Assembly: GCA_038247415.1 (NCBI GenBank)
Contig: JBBRUX010000041.1
Coordinates: 1-36,488 of the forward strand
Direction: 5' to 3'
Length of the DNA: 36,488 bases
Origin: Chitinivibrionales bacterium
GTDB taxonomy: Bacteria; Fibrobacterota; Chitinivibrionia; Chitinivibrionales; WJKA01
Shown: positions 1-10,151 of the stretch, in pieces
Layout of the letters: each line of letters opens with the position of its first letter
Position numbering within the stretch: the first letter of the stretch is position 1
Program-made: the position numbers and the translations under genes
Notes under the pieces: model-generated
Told to the model about the DNA's origin: nothing
Seen by the model: the letters and a program-made list of their open reading frames with translations, nothing else
The model's database searches: none

Positions 1-8
1 AGCCATGG

Positions 9-2117
9 TTATTTAATCTCCTTTGCAATGATAATGCGTGCGTCAACTACATTTGCTCCATCGCCTTCCGCACCAACCATAAGCGGATTGATATCGATTT
101 CTTCTATCTCTGGAAAGTCAACACAGAGTTGAGATATCCGCATCAGATTTTCTACAATCGATCCGATATCTACCCCTCGTTCACCACGCGCACCAGTGAG
201 CAATTTATAGGTTTTTGTGCGCTCAATCATGTGCATGGCTTCCTCGGCTGTTACCGGAGCCAAACTAAAGGTAACATCTTTAAGAACTTCAACAAAGATT
301 CCACCAAGGCCAAACATGATAAGTGGGCCAAACTGAGGATCTTTTTTCATCCCCAAAATCACTTCTTTTCCACCTGAAACCATTTTCTCAAGAAGCACTC
401 CACGGATCTGCGCACTTGGCATTTTACGACTAATGCGAAGCATCATAAGTTCGTAGGCATCTTGAACAGCACCGGCATTTGCCAGCCCAATTTTAACGCC
501 ACCAATGTCTGATTTATGAAGAATGTCGGGGCTTGAGATTTTCATGGCCAAAGGATACCCTAATTCATTACCAAATCGAACGGCTTCTTCTACCGTTGAC
601 GCAAGCGCATTAGGAGGCATTTCGAAATTATACGCTCTCATAATTGTTTTTGCATCAAGCTCCCCTACTTCAAACATATTTCTGCTGCGATAGGTCCTAA
701 ATATTTTGATAACAGGATTTTTATTGACAGCAAAACGTTCTACAACACGCAGCGGACGAGCTCTGTAGTTGCTATACTTTACCATTTCGAACATTGCCTT
801 TGCAGCGCGTTCAGGTATAGGATACTGTGGAATTTTATTGACGCGCAGAAGATCGACTCCTCCTGCAATTGTTTTGGCTCCCATAAAGCAACCAAACATC
901 GTTTTGGTTGGATATTTTTTTGCCAAATCGACCATCGCCTGGGCGGTTGCAATATCATCGGTCATTTTTTGAGGAGTGAGAATTACTATCAGACCATCAA
1001 CTTCGGTGGCAGCAAGCAATGTTTCGATGGCAGCTGCATAGCGATCTCCAGGAGCATCGCCCAAAACATCAACAGGGTTATGTGTTGAACCAGATTCAGG
1101 CATGTATTGAGCAAGCGCGGCTTCTGTTTCAGGTTTTAACTGAGCAACAGTCAAGCCGGCCATTTCCAGCGCATCGGACATCATGATACCAGGGCCACCG
1201 GCGTTGGTAACAACTGCGATTCTTGATCCTTTGGGTAATGGCTGATATGCAAACGCAACAGCCACGTCAAAGAGATGTTCTATTGACTCGGCACGTATTA
1301 CACCTGTGCGCTCAAACGCGCAATTATAGGATGCATCTGCACCAGCAAGACTACCTGTGTGTGAAGAAGCTGCTCGTGCACCTGCACTCGTGCGCCCGGA
1401 CTTAAGAATTACAACAGGCTTTTCTTTGCTGACGATTTCAGCAATGCGCATAAATTCTTGACCCTGGCTTATATCTTCGAGATATGCAGAAATCACTTTT
1501 GTGTTTGGATCGTGACGCAAGTTTTCTAGAAAATTTACTTCGTCTACGCACGCTTTATTGCCAATAGAAGCAACAACCGAAAAGCCTATTTTATTTTCTG
1601 CTGCCCAATCTTGGATTGCAGTTATAAGTGCGCCCGATTGAGAAACAAGTGCTATTGTACCAGGTTCCCCTAATGCTTGTCCAAATGCAGCATTTAGTTT
1701 TACCCACGGATTAATAAGCCCTAAGCAGTTTGGCCCTATAACGGTCATACGAGAGGCACGAACTTTTTGTATAAGCTCTTGCTGAAGTTTTTTTCCTACT
1801 TCACCTGTTTCGCTAAATCCTGCGGTGATGATTATTGCTGATTCGATTTTTTTTGTAATGCAATCATCGATAATACCAAGGACTAAATCGCGTTTAACAA
1901 TAATAATTGCCAAATCGATTTCATCGGGTACATCCAACAGCGATTTGTAGCATTGCTTACCGACAAGGTGGTCTGCTTTGGGATTGATGGGATAAATTCC
2001 ACCTTTAAATCCACCTTCTACAACATGCTTTAAAATCGAATGGCCGACCTTTAATGGGTCGGCAGATGCACCAACAACTGCAACTGAGCGAGGTCGCAAA
2101 AGCTTTTCAAAACTCAT
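9..2117 (-). CDS. ADP-forming acetate/acyl-CoA ligase (fused alpha+beta, AcdAB type)
   Basis: N-terminal CoA-binding domain (PRSVAVVGAS...YPINP), GPNCLG, phospho-His motif SHTGSLAG, C-terminal ATP-grasp (KISSPDILHKSDIGGV, DPQFGP, EIDINP). No GNAT domain. AAGGAAG SD upstream of ATG. Confidence 0.92.
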   Translation of the reverse strand: MSFEKLLRPRSVAVVGASADPLKVGHSILKHVVEGGFKGGIYPINPKADHLVGKQCYKSLLDVPDEIDLAIIIVKRDLVLGIIDDCITKKIESAIIITAGFSETGEVGKKLQQELIQKVRASRMTVIGPNCLGLINPWVKLNAAFGQALGEPGTIALVSQSGALITAIQDWAAENKIGFSVVASIGNKACVDEVNFLENLRHDPNTKVISAYLEDISQGQEFMRIAEIVSKEKPVVILKSGRTSAGARAASSHTGSLAGADASYNCAFERTGVIRAESIEHLFDVAVAFAYQPLPKGSRIAVVTNAGGPGIMMSDALEMAGLTVAQLKPETEAALAQYMPESGSTHNPVDVLGDAPGDRYAAAIETLLAATEVDGLIVILTPQKMTDDIATAQAMVDLAKKYPTKTMFGCFMGAKTIAGGVDLLRVNKIPQYPIPERAAKAMFEMVKYSNYRARPLRVVERFAVNKNPVIKIFRTYRSRNMFEVGELDAKTIMRAYNFEMPPNALASTVEEAVRFGNELGYPLAMKISSPDILHKSDIGGVKIGLANAGAVQDAYELMMLRISRKMPSAQIRGVLLEKMVSGGKEVILGMKKDPQFGPLIMFGLGGIFVEVLKDVTFSLAPVTAEEAMHMIERTKTYKLLTGARGERGVDIGSIVENLMRISQLCVDFPEIEEIDINPLMVGAEGDGANVVDARIIIAKEIK

Positions 2118-2318
2118 ACATTCTTCCTTTTATTAATGAGCCTATCGCATCAAAAATGGAACCTTAAATATACATTCCGCCAGAGCAATTTTCTTGATTT
2201 CTGGGGCAATATACTGGCATATCGGTGTTTTATGCGTGGAAAGAATATTTAAACTCCGCCTCTGGAGAATTCTATAAAAAAATACTCCATAAGGCGAAAG
2301 TTTCTGATGAATACGTGG

Positions 2319-3875
2319 TTAAAAACCCACACGAATAGAGGTATTAAATACCGACATGAGGGCAATCGTGTTATATTCGTAAGCGCCATCAATTGCCAGG
2401 TATTTACCTAAAAAGGAATCGGTATTGATTGCCAAACCAAAGCCTCCGGTAAATTTCCAAGGTGTAGATTCGATCTTGGCCAAAATTTCCTTTTCAGCTC
2501 CCAAACGAATCCTTAAAACATGAAAAAGTTCTTGTTCTAGTCCACCAGCCATTTTCCACGCCTGATCTTTATACAAGGGGATTTGTCCATTTGCCACAAG
2601 CATGGTGGCATAGCCTACTTGAAATTTTCCACCCATATTTAATGATATCGGCTGATGATCATAATACGTATATCCCGTAACGCCTTCTATATTATTATTG
2701 ACCTTTTCAAACTCCACAATATCCCGTACGAGCAAACCATACCGAATTTTATCCGACAATTCCCACAAAACACCGAGATCTAATCCCATTCCAAATGTTT
2801 TCTGCGCTGCAGTAGCACCTTCGATAACTGGCGTTGTTTTAGATATAAGTTTAAGCGCCGCACCTACCGACAAAGGTCTTAAAAAGGGCAAGAGCTGATT
2901 AAACTTATACGCCGCCGACGAAATGAACGTCATTTCTGTAAGAAGCCCAGCGGTATCACCATTGTAAAGGAACGCCTCGCCAAAACCAATATCTCGCGTT
3001 GCTTTATTAACGTAACTTGCCGCTATATTATTCACCATGCCAAAACGAGATTGATACGATACAGAAGCTTCTGCGTTAGGAACCCAAGCAGAACCCGCAG
3101 GATTATAAAAAACGCCATATGCATCGTCTGATACTGCAAGATAACTATTTCCCATGCCAGTGGCTCTGCCACTCATTGGTACAATATACCCAGCAGAAGC
3201 AATTCCCGATTGTGCCATATCATTAAATTCTGATTGCCAAGGCGGTTTGTTCCCGGTAGACGAAAAACCACCTGACGCTATTCCCCAAATAAGACCAGCC
3301 CCAAGGCAGACACCACCTGCAACAAGCATTTGTTTCTCGTTATGTATAGCTGGGCCAAAATAGGTATTCGTTCGTATGACAAGATCTTCATCCCCTTGAC
3401 CGTGCAATTTTGCAACCGCAGCTTTAAGAACATCGCTGCCAGCCACTCCCGATTCACCTTCCAGGCTTACCGATTCGATAACTTGACGTGTTTCAACATC
3501 GAGCATGGTGAGTCGAGCGCCATAGCTAGTACCGTTTTTATCGAGGCTTCCATAAACCATTCGCTCCATATTCACACTTCTCCCAATATCGCGAACGCAA
3601 CGCGGATCGGAGCAGTGTCGTGGCAATTCCATATGAATCGTTTTCATTTGCTCAACAATGGCTTTTTGATCGGATACAACATAAAAACCAATATCGTTGA
3701 GATAGAGGGCTAATTTGCCATCCATGGCTGCCATTGAATCGTTTGGCTCCCCAAGCGATACCAAATCGAGCACGCCAACCCGAATTTTCGCCTCATCGGC
3801 GACGTCTTTTTTTGCCGCCATGGTAAGTGCGACAACGCATAATAACATCATACTTGCAAGTGCGAAACTTTTCAC
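2319..3875 (-). CDS. PorV/PorQ (FadL-like) family outer-membrane barrel fused to an N-terminal CsgG/TolB-N-like domain
   Basis: GRATGMGNSYLAVSDDAYGVFYNPAG is the PorV/UPF0164 signature; alternating beta-strands and C-terminal F. Start moved from TTG 3905 to GTG 3875, which has GGAGG 5 nt upstream and is followed by a signal peptide. Confidence 0.75.
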   Translation of the reverse strand: MKSFALASMMLLCVVALTMAAKKDVADEAKIRVGVLDLVSLGEPNDSMAAMDGKLALYLNDIGFYVVSDQKAIVEQMKTIHMELPRHCSDPRCVRDIGRSVNMERMVYGSLDKNGTSYGARLTMLDVETRQVIESVSLEGESGVAGSDVLKAAVAKLHGQGDEDLVIRTNTYFGPAIHNEKQMLVAGGVCLGAGLIWGIASGGFSSTGNKPPWQSEFNDMAQSGIASAGYIVPMSGRATGMGNSYLAVSDDAYGVFYNPAGSAWVPNAEASVSYQSRFGMVNNIAASYVNKATRDIGFGEAFLYNGDTAGLLTEMTFISSAAYKFNQLLPFLRPLSVGAALKLISKTTPVIEGATAAQKTFGMGLDLGVLWELSDKIRYGLLVRDIVEFEKVNNNIEGVTGYTYYDHQPISLNMGGKFQVGYATMLVANGQIPLYKDQAWKMAGGLEQELFHVLRIRLGAEKEILAKIESTPWKFTGGFGLAINTDSFLGKYLAIDGAYEYNTIALMSVFNTSIRVGF

Positions 3876-3906
3876 AGTAGCCTCCGTTAGAATTATCGTG
3901 CTCAAC

Positions 3907-6900
3907 TTACTTAATTAGCACTACCGGCTTCATGATATTTTTTTCTTTACCCTTAAGATCCCGTATTGTAAAGACCACAAAGTATCTTCCATTGCGCGAG
4001 AGCTTCTCGCCAGCAGATTCACCTAACCCATTCCAGACCACAACATCCATATCTCCCTTGGTGGTTTTGCCATTCCACCATACGTGTTTTACTTCACCGG
4101 GATTAATATTTTTCTGGAAAACCGACCACACAAGATCTCCAGCGATCGAATAGATTTTGATTTTAACATCTGCTCGTGGGTATTCGCTCGCAACTTGATA
4201 ATTGATACACGTACCTTTTTGAGGTGCGCCTCCAAAAAGAGCCTGATTAGGCAATGGACGAATCATTGGTGAAAACGCAGGCGGATTGATAGTTACAGAA
4301 CCTTCAAAGCCTTTTGTTTGAGCCAAAACTGCATACCGAGAAAAGTGTGTCAATGCAGCGCTTATTGTTTTGCCGTCGATAGCAACCTTTGTATTTCTTA
4401 AAGGTTTCCATATGAGCGAGTCTTCGTTCCAAAAACCTACCTTAAAAAATGCAGGATTCTTTTGAGCTTGAGCGCGATAGGATTCTGGTATATCAAGAGT
4501 AATGCGAATGCTATCATGAGGCACTACATTAAATGACACCCCATTAAGTTCTTTTATGTCAAATGCTGCACCAACAACTTTAAGCGAATCGAGTCCTGTT
4601 TGAACAAGATTAAGCAAAAGTGGTGTGCTCATATCAAAGAGCGCTGTTTGATCGGGATTGATAATCGAATCGGGGAATACAATCAGGCATCCCGTAAGAC
4701 TGCTCATACTATCAGCCGAATTCTTACACGATAATACGTGCTGAATTTGAAGACCCGACAGATTTGCGTCTGTTTGATTCTTTTTGTACTCTGCCACAAC
4801 TGGGCCCGCAGTAGCAAGAATCCTTGCGAAGCCTGCAAAAAGCGGATTTGGCGCAAATACACCCTTATCAGAAATGATCCCCGCACCTGCTGGCACTACT
4901 GTCCATGAAGGCGTAACAGTTACCGCAGTCTTTGCAGAATCAAAACCCAGAGCAATAAATTCTGCAGATGAACCAGCAGCTGTAGAAATAGGAGCAGGCG
5001 ATTTAGGATCGCTTCGTTTTACAAAGATGCTATCGAGTGGATTACGCCCAACTTTACAATAAAACTTCACCGTTGGAGATGCGTTTTGTGCAATTTTAGC
5101 TACCGGCAATGATGCTACTATAGTAAGGACAGCATCTGATCCCAAACCTGTTTTTAATACTGCATTTTTTCCTACGGCTGGTGAAACCGATGCTCCGTGA
5201 GCATCCCCAATAATGCTCCACGACACGTCCTTATCTACTGTAGTATCGCGAATAAATGCAGAGGAAAAATAGGCTTGCAATTTAAGACTTACACTTTGGT
5301 TAGCTGCAAAAGAGAGGGTATCCAAACCAGATGGAAGTATTTCAAGCATTGAGATTTTAGGATTAGGATTAACAAAAGTTCTGAACGTTTTCTTATCACT
5401 TCCGTAAACATCTTTTCCAGCGTACGCAATGAAATAGTATTCCATGGTGCTACCATCGCGCTGGGGATTAACTTTAAGAGAACAGCTAGAAATTACAGAC
5501 CGCACTATTACTTGCCCATACTCGGGATTAGTAACATCTCGATAAAAAAGTTTTATTGAATCAAGTGGCAATACAGTAGTAACGGTAAGCGTTACACTAT
5601 CCTCAACCACATTTAACGAAGTGCTTACGATATGAGTTACCGGTAGCGTTATGCTATCTATATGCACAGTTTCTGTTGCACCCACCGCAAATTGATGAAA
5701 CGTTAACGGTAGGAGAGAGGTGTTGACAGGTGTTACTGCAACAACATAGTTACCCTCACCAACATTACTTAGGCTATCAGACGGTGATACTGTTTTTTGC
5801 AACGGAGACAGAACTTTAATTTGAGAAGTTAGATCTGCCCCATTATTAATCGACCATTTAATGGTCTTCTCGCCAGGAATCATGGTCATGGCAAAAGAAG
5901 CTGGCGTTGCTTTCCCTGCGATAATTTCTAACGTTTCGCTCGGCGCAATATCTTTTTTGACAAGCCCAACAGCACCAACCGAAACTGTAAATTTGCCGTC
6001 AATGAGACCATTTATTTCAAAGGTACCATCGGATTGACACTTCCCCGATCCAGCAATTTTTCCACTTGCATCAAGAATATTAATGAGGGCGCCATTTGCG
6101 GGACCAACAAAGGAATTATCTGTCTTCTTAACAATAGATATAGATCCCTTAATAGAAGCGAGTGAAATAAGCGTATCATAAAATGCAGCAGTAGACATAC
6201 GCTGTGTATACAGCATTTTTTTAGACGAAGAAACAAATCCAACTACCGAAGACCACACACTAAACGAATCATCTCCTGCCAAACTTACTCTAAAATCGCC
6301 ATAGGTAGCATCTGAGGTTACCATGGTAGTTTCGGGACTGGTTGCTCCCAAACGCTTAAAATAAACCGAAGCTTTAGTAATAGGTGCAAAGGTTGCAGCT
6401 CCATTTACATACGATTTTCCATAAATATATCCGGTTACCACAGAAGCACCCGGAGCCATTGTTAAAACAATTTGGCGCGATGACAAAAGATCTATTGGTG
6501 TTGACGGCCCGCTAAACCCAGTTTTTGTTGCAACAACGGTATAGGATCCCGCTTCGGCCGAGAATGCAAACGAACCATCAGAAGGCGTAGAAGGAACCTC
6601 TCCAATAGCAACACCATTTCTGATAAGCTTTACATTAGCTCCAATGATGGCAAATCCAGCCGAATTCTTAACAGTTCCAGAAAGCGTGAATGGGACTTTT
6701 TCGAGCCCAATGGTTCCAAAATTCATAGATTGACCAAAAGAGACTGTCGTATCCCTAGAAAAGGAGGGAATATACCCGCTTTTAGTTGCCCATATACGCC
6801 AATCTGCACCATAGCAACTGAGCACAAAGCTACCAAATTGATCTGTTTCTGCTGTAACGGTATCGCCCCTATCTGAAGCAGCATAAACTTTACTAAGGCC

Positions 6901-8391
6901 AATACCTATTGTTGGAGATGCTTTGTCAACAATTTTTCCATAGACCGTTGCTTCGGGCCGTTTCATAAAGATTGTAATACTAGTGTTTTGACCATCAACA
7001 ACCGAAACGGTACGAGTCACATCTTCAAAGCCAGCTTTTTTAGCTGTGACACGATACGAGCCCACAGGACGCGCTCTAAAAAGATATCCGTTATTATCGG
7101 TATAAAATAGCAGTGGCTTTTCAAGTGACCCACCAAGTACTTCGACTTTAATTTCGGCAAGCGAAACATTTGCTTTGATGGTATCTTTACCTGAAACAAT
7201 ATTTTCTTTGGTATAGATCTCAAGATTTCCTGATGGAGCACTAAAGGTAAACCCTGTTGTATCACCCGCACGTGCTGCACCACGATCGTCGATAGCCATT
7301 ACCTTCCAGGTATAATGATTATTTGTCAACACAGATCCAGCATTCACATCTATAAAACCTGTATCAGAATGAGCAAAGCTACCTGCGGTAACTTCATTTT
7401 CCCACACTACCATTTGAGCTTGAACGCCCGACACAGTAGAAGCAACATAAATATAAACTTTATAGGTATTAGCCTTGACTTTATCAAGGTTTGTCCAAGA
7501 GAAACGAATTGTTTCTTGTGAAGTTGAGATGTTTTTTGGTGCAATATTTATTGGGGCTTTTAACGTGTCGCCTTTGATTGCAAACGTTTTAGGAATACAA
7601 AATCGTGTTGAGCTATAGGCTATCTGATTACCATAATTATTTAGAACAACAAGCGAATATGTTTGTCCTGGCGACATGGGTGGTGGAGAGGCTGTTATAG
7701 TCCCGGAAGGATCTGGTGCGCCATACACTATTTGCGTACTTGAGGTTATGGCCTGCCAGATAATAGACAAACCGGAAACATTCATTCCTCCGGTTGTATC
7801 GATCTTAATTTTTTCATCGGAAAGCAATACGTGGTAATAGGGTACGCCAGGATTCGATTTCCACGAAAACACCGGCGTTAAATCTGAAACAAGAGAATCC
7901 GATGGCAGCAAAATTTCATTTGCTTTTGTAGTTTCTACAATCAGCGGGAGTTCGTTTGACACAAACGTATCGGTAACCATGTGCATAGTGGTTGGATTCA
8001 AATAGGTAACAGGCCATGCAACAATGCAATAAAACACACCAGCAATCATTTCTGGCTGATCGATAGGCTTAAAAAATATTTGACGTTGTGCGGGTGTTCC
8101 TGCTACACGAAAATTGAATACGCTTGCAGTAGCTGCAGTGACTTTGTTTCTTCCTGCAATTGAGGTTCCGCCAGGCGTTTTGCTGTAATACAGCGTTCCG
8201 CTATCGGGTGCCAAATCCTTAAGGATCATATCGGGGCGTGCTGCTCCAGCCCATGAGACCGATATGACAGAATCGGCGCGGACCGCTACAGGCGGGAAAT
8301 TGGTAATGATATAGTCTGTTGATTGCTCCGCGAAGACTGTGCATCCGAGGGCTAACCATAAAACAAGCGTTATAATTCGTCTCATGTGCAT
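3907..8391 (-). CDS. Large secreted multi-domain surface protein: carboxypeptidase-regulatory-like/Ig repeats, ZU5-like domain, C-terminal FlgD-Ig/T9SS-like sorting domain
   Basis: Signal peptide MRRIITLVLWLALGCTVFA. Repeated 'T..G.F...G.Y.V.A.K.GF' beta-sandwich units. C-terminus INPPAFSP...VKIKIYSIAGDLV...WNGK...NGRYF...KPVVLIK. Start ATG 8391 follows a GGGAG SD. Confidence 0.75.
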   Translation of the reverse strand: MHMRRIITLVLWLALGCTVFAEQSTDYIITNFPPVAVRADSVISVSWAGAARPDMILKDLAPDSGTLYYSKTPGGTSIAGRNKVTAATASVFNFRVAGTPAQRQIFFKPIDQPEMIAGVFYCIVAWPVTYLNPTTMHMVTDTFVSNELPLIVETTKANEILLPSDSLVSDLTPVFSWKSNPGVPYYHVLLSDEKIKIDTTGGMNVSGLSIIWQAITSSTQIVYGAPDPSGTITASPPPMSPGQTYSLVVLNNYGNQIAYSSTRFCIPKTFAIKGDTLKAPINIAPKNISTSQETIRFSWTNLDKVKANTYKVYIYVASTVSGVQAQMVVWENEVTAGSFAHSDTGFIDVNAGSVLTNNHYTWKVMAIDDRGAARAGDTTGFTFSAPSGNLEIYTKENIVSGKDTIKANVSLAEIKVEVLGGSLEKPLLFYTDNNGYLFRARPVGSYRVTAKKAGFEDVTRTVSVVDGQNTSITIFMKRPEATVYGKIVDKASPTIGIGLSKVYAASDRGDTVTAETDQFGSFVLSCYGADWRIWATKSGYIPSFSRDTTVSFGQSMNFGTIGLEKVPFTLSGTVKNSAGFAIIGANVKLIRNGVAIGEVPSTPSDGSFAFSAEAGSYTVVATKTGFSGPSTPIDLLSSRQIVLTMAPGASVVTGYIYGKSYVNGAATFAPITKASVYFKRLGATSPETTMVTSDATYGDFRVSLAGDDSFSVWSSVVGFVSSSKKMLYTQRMSTAAFYDTLISLASIKGSISIVKKTDNSFVGPANGALINILDASGKIAGSGKCQSDGTFEINGLIDGKFTVSVGAVGLVKKDIAPSETLEIIAGKATPASFAMTMIPGEKTIKWSINNGADLTSQIKVLSPLQKTVSPSDSLSNVGEGNYVVAVTPVNTSLLPLTFHQFAVGATETVHIDSITLPVTHIVSTSLNVVEDSVTLTVTTVLPLDSIKLFYRDVTNPEYGQVIVRSVISSCSLKVNPQRDGSTMEYYFIAYAGKDVYGSDKKTFRTFVNPNPKISMLEILPSGLDTLSFAANQSVSLKLQAYFSSAFIRDTTVDKDVSWSIIGDAHGASVSPAVGKNAVLKTGLGSDAVLTIVASLPVAKIAQNASPTVKFYCKVGRNPLDSIFVKRSDPKSPAPISTAAGSSAEFIALGFDSAKTAVTVTPSWTVVPAGAGIISDKGVFAPNPLFAGFARILATAGPVVAEYKKNQTDANLSGLQIQHVLSCKNSADSMSSLTGCLIVFPDSIINPDQTALFDMSTPLLLNLVQTGLDSLKVVGAAFDIKELNGVSFNVVPHDSIRITLDIPESYRAQAQKNPAFFKVGFWNEDSLIWKPLRNTKVAIDGKTISAALTHFSRYAVLAQTKGFEGSVTINPPAFSPMIRPLPNQALFGGAPQKGTCINYQVASEYPRADVKIKIYSIAGDLVWSVFQKNINPGEVKHVWWNGKTTKGDMDVVVWNGLGESAGEKLSRNGRYFVVFTIRDLKGKEKNIMKPVVLIK

Positions 8392-8450
8392 CGACAACTC
8401 CCTTTCCACATGCGTGGCAGTGCTACTGTTGACAACATAGTGTGTATCGA

Positions 8451-9890
8451 TTAAAAGTAATAATTAATTCCCGCTTTAAGCGCCATTAAAGGCAATACAT
8501 CAAGTTCTATCTGAAGCTGCAACTTGGTTCCAATTGCCGACCCAAAATTTAAAATTGGCATGAGTGGAGCCCCGCCAATTGTTGGATATTTATCGATTGA
8601 CTTAAAAGCAGACGAAAGCAAACCCGCTTGATCTCCGGTTCCAAAATCAAGGGTAAACACACCAATATTTACAAACAGGTTCTTGAAATTTGCATTAACC
8701 ATCATGACATTATCAACGGTCATCTTAAAATCTAAACTTATAGTATCATAGAGATTGGTTGTAGCCGTATCGGGAAGATTCTGCTTTTTAAATTTAAGAA
8801 TATTCGGCAAAGACAACCCCACCACCCCATTAAGCTTCGTATAAGATAGCGATAAATGATCTCGAACAAGATCAAAAGTAAAGGTATGAGCATCGGGCAT
8901 TTTCCAAACCATTTCATTTTCGGAAGAATCTTTATATACCGATGTTTCATTTGAAATAAGTTTATTGATAGTAGCTAAATCGGTTATATTATTCATATCA
9001 AGGGTAACTTTGAAAGTTTCTTTGTCAATAAAAAAGGGCAAGGAATAATCCATTTTCACATAGCCTTTTGCCCGTGTATTTATGCCAAAACGAGAAGTCC
9101 ACCCAAGACGCCACCATGTGGCCCCCATCGAATATGACCATGCTTCTGCATCGTAGTGGGCAGATCCCCCACCCGACAAAGCATAATTAAGCGGTATGCG
9201 AATATTAAGGCCGGCCTGATTAACGTCTACATTTCCTAACATATCAACATTTACTTTTGCATTAAAGTCGAAAAGGAATACGTGTCGGTGAAGATTGAAG
9301 GCGAAGAGTAGATTCTTATTGACACGATAGGCATATCCAAAAGTCATAGATTCCCAGGAGGTAGATAAATCGAGTGGAACTGCAATTGAACCGCGCAAAA
9401 TCGCACCAATGCCGGCACTGGATGGCAGTCCCATATAAAGGTTTGGAATTCCTAAGGAATTGGTAAAATTAAGTCCTACGTTGCGCATATTTGAAAAACT
9501 GCCGACTCCTCCAAGCATGGGGACATCTACACGAAATGTTGTGTTCGGGTTTTGACGTGCGCTTGCTGATGGTTTAAACTCTTCGCCACCGCGAAAGAGT
9601 GTGCTATCGCTGAGAATAGTATCGATAGCGGGATTGAACATTTTTGCAAGATCAAGCGGGTTCATACTTTTCTGAACAGGTACGTTCATGCCGAAATAGC
9701 CTTTTGGGTATTCAAACGATACATCGGTGGGCGCTCGCAAATAATCATAGTTAAATCCTATAGAGAATCGTGCCGATAGCGTTGGCGCAACGATGTCACG
9801 CTTTACACTCGTATCGGCCAAATCAATTTGTGCATACCCCCCCAGGGCGAAGCAACAGAGCACTAAAGCACATCGTATCACTGTTCTCAT
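8451..9890 (-). CDS. Hypothetical secreted protein, probable outer-membrane beta-barrel
   Basis: Signal peptide MRTVIRCALVLCCFALGGYA, amphipathic beta pattern, C-terminal AGINYYF (BAM beta-signal-like). ATG 9890 preferred because it lies downstream of the promoter and has an SD. Confidence 0.6.
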   Translation of the reverse strand: MRTVIRCALVLCCFALGGYAQIDLADTSVKRDIVAPTLSARFSIGFNYDYLRAPTDVSFEYPKGYFGMNVPVQKSMNPLDLAKMFNPAIDTILSDSTLFRGGEEFKPSASARQNPNTTFRVDVPMLGGVGSFSNMRNVGLNFTNSLGIPNLYMGLPSSAGIGAILRGSIAVPLDLSTSWESMTFGYAYRVNKNLLFAFNLHRHVFLFDFNAKVNVDMLGNVDVNQAGLNIRIPLNYALSGGGSAHYDAEAWSYSMGATWWRLGWTSRFGINTRAKGYVKMDYSLPFFIDKETFKVTLDMNNITDLATINKLISNETSVYKDSSENEMVWKMPDAHTFTFDLVRDHLSLSYTKLNGVVGLSLPNILKFKKQNLPDTATTNLYDTISLDFKMTVDNVMMVNANFKNLFVNIGVFTLDFGTGDQAGLLSSAFKSIDKYPTIGGAPLMPILNFGSAIGTKLQLQIELDVLPLMALKAGINYYF

Positions 9891-9934
9891 TAGAAACCAC
9901 CCTTTCCGCGTAATATCAAAAAAGTTCAAAATCA

Positions 9935-9963
9935 ATTGTACGCTTGAGCGCAATAAGTGTCAA
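9935..9963 (-). promoter_or_regulatory. sigma70-type promoter for the barrel / surface protein / PorV-like operon
   Basis: Minus strand reads TTGACA-17 nt-TACAAT, 45 nt upstream of ATG 9890. Confidence 0.7.
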
Positions 9964-10086
9964 TAAAAAAATTCAAGCCACCCAGAACTTCATATTTAAA
10001 AGGCCTTGTATCTTTTTAGTTAACATAATGCGACATTGTTTTTTAATCGACTATGGTGCTTATGTCACAAAATAGCTCGACGGATC

Positions 10087-10118
10087 AAAAAAAAGACTAG
10101 AGAAAATCTCTAGTCTTT
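10087..10118 (-). terminator. Rho-independent terminator of the HU gene
   Basis: Perfect 12-bp stem AAAGACTAGAGA-aaa-TCTCTAGTCTTT, with a U-tract on the minus strand. Confidence 0.85.
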
Positions 10119-10151
10119 ACATAAACAAACAATAGTACTTATAAACGAGCA

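Noticed and set aside
1..6. ATG GCT on the minus strand just after the acyl-CoA ligase stop, with AAGGAG upstream
   Set aside because: Probably the start of the next gene, but two codons cannot be annotated.
2250..2303. Imperfect hairpin downstream of the PorV-like gene
   Set aside because: Bulged stem with a large loop and no convincing U-tract; not called as a terminator.
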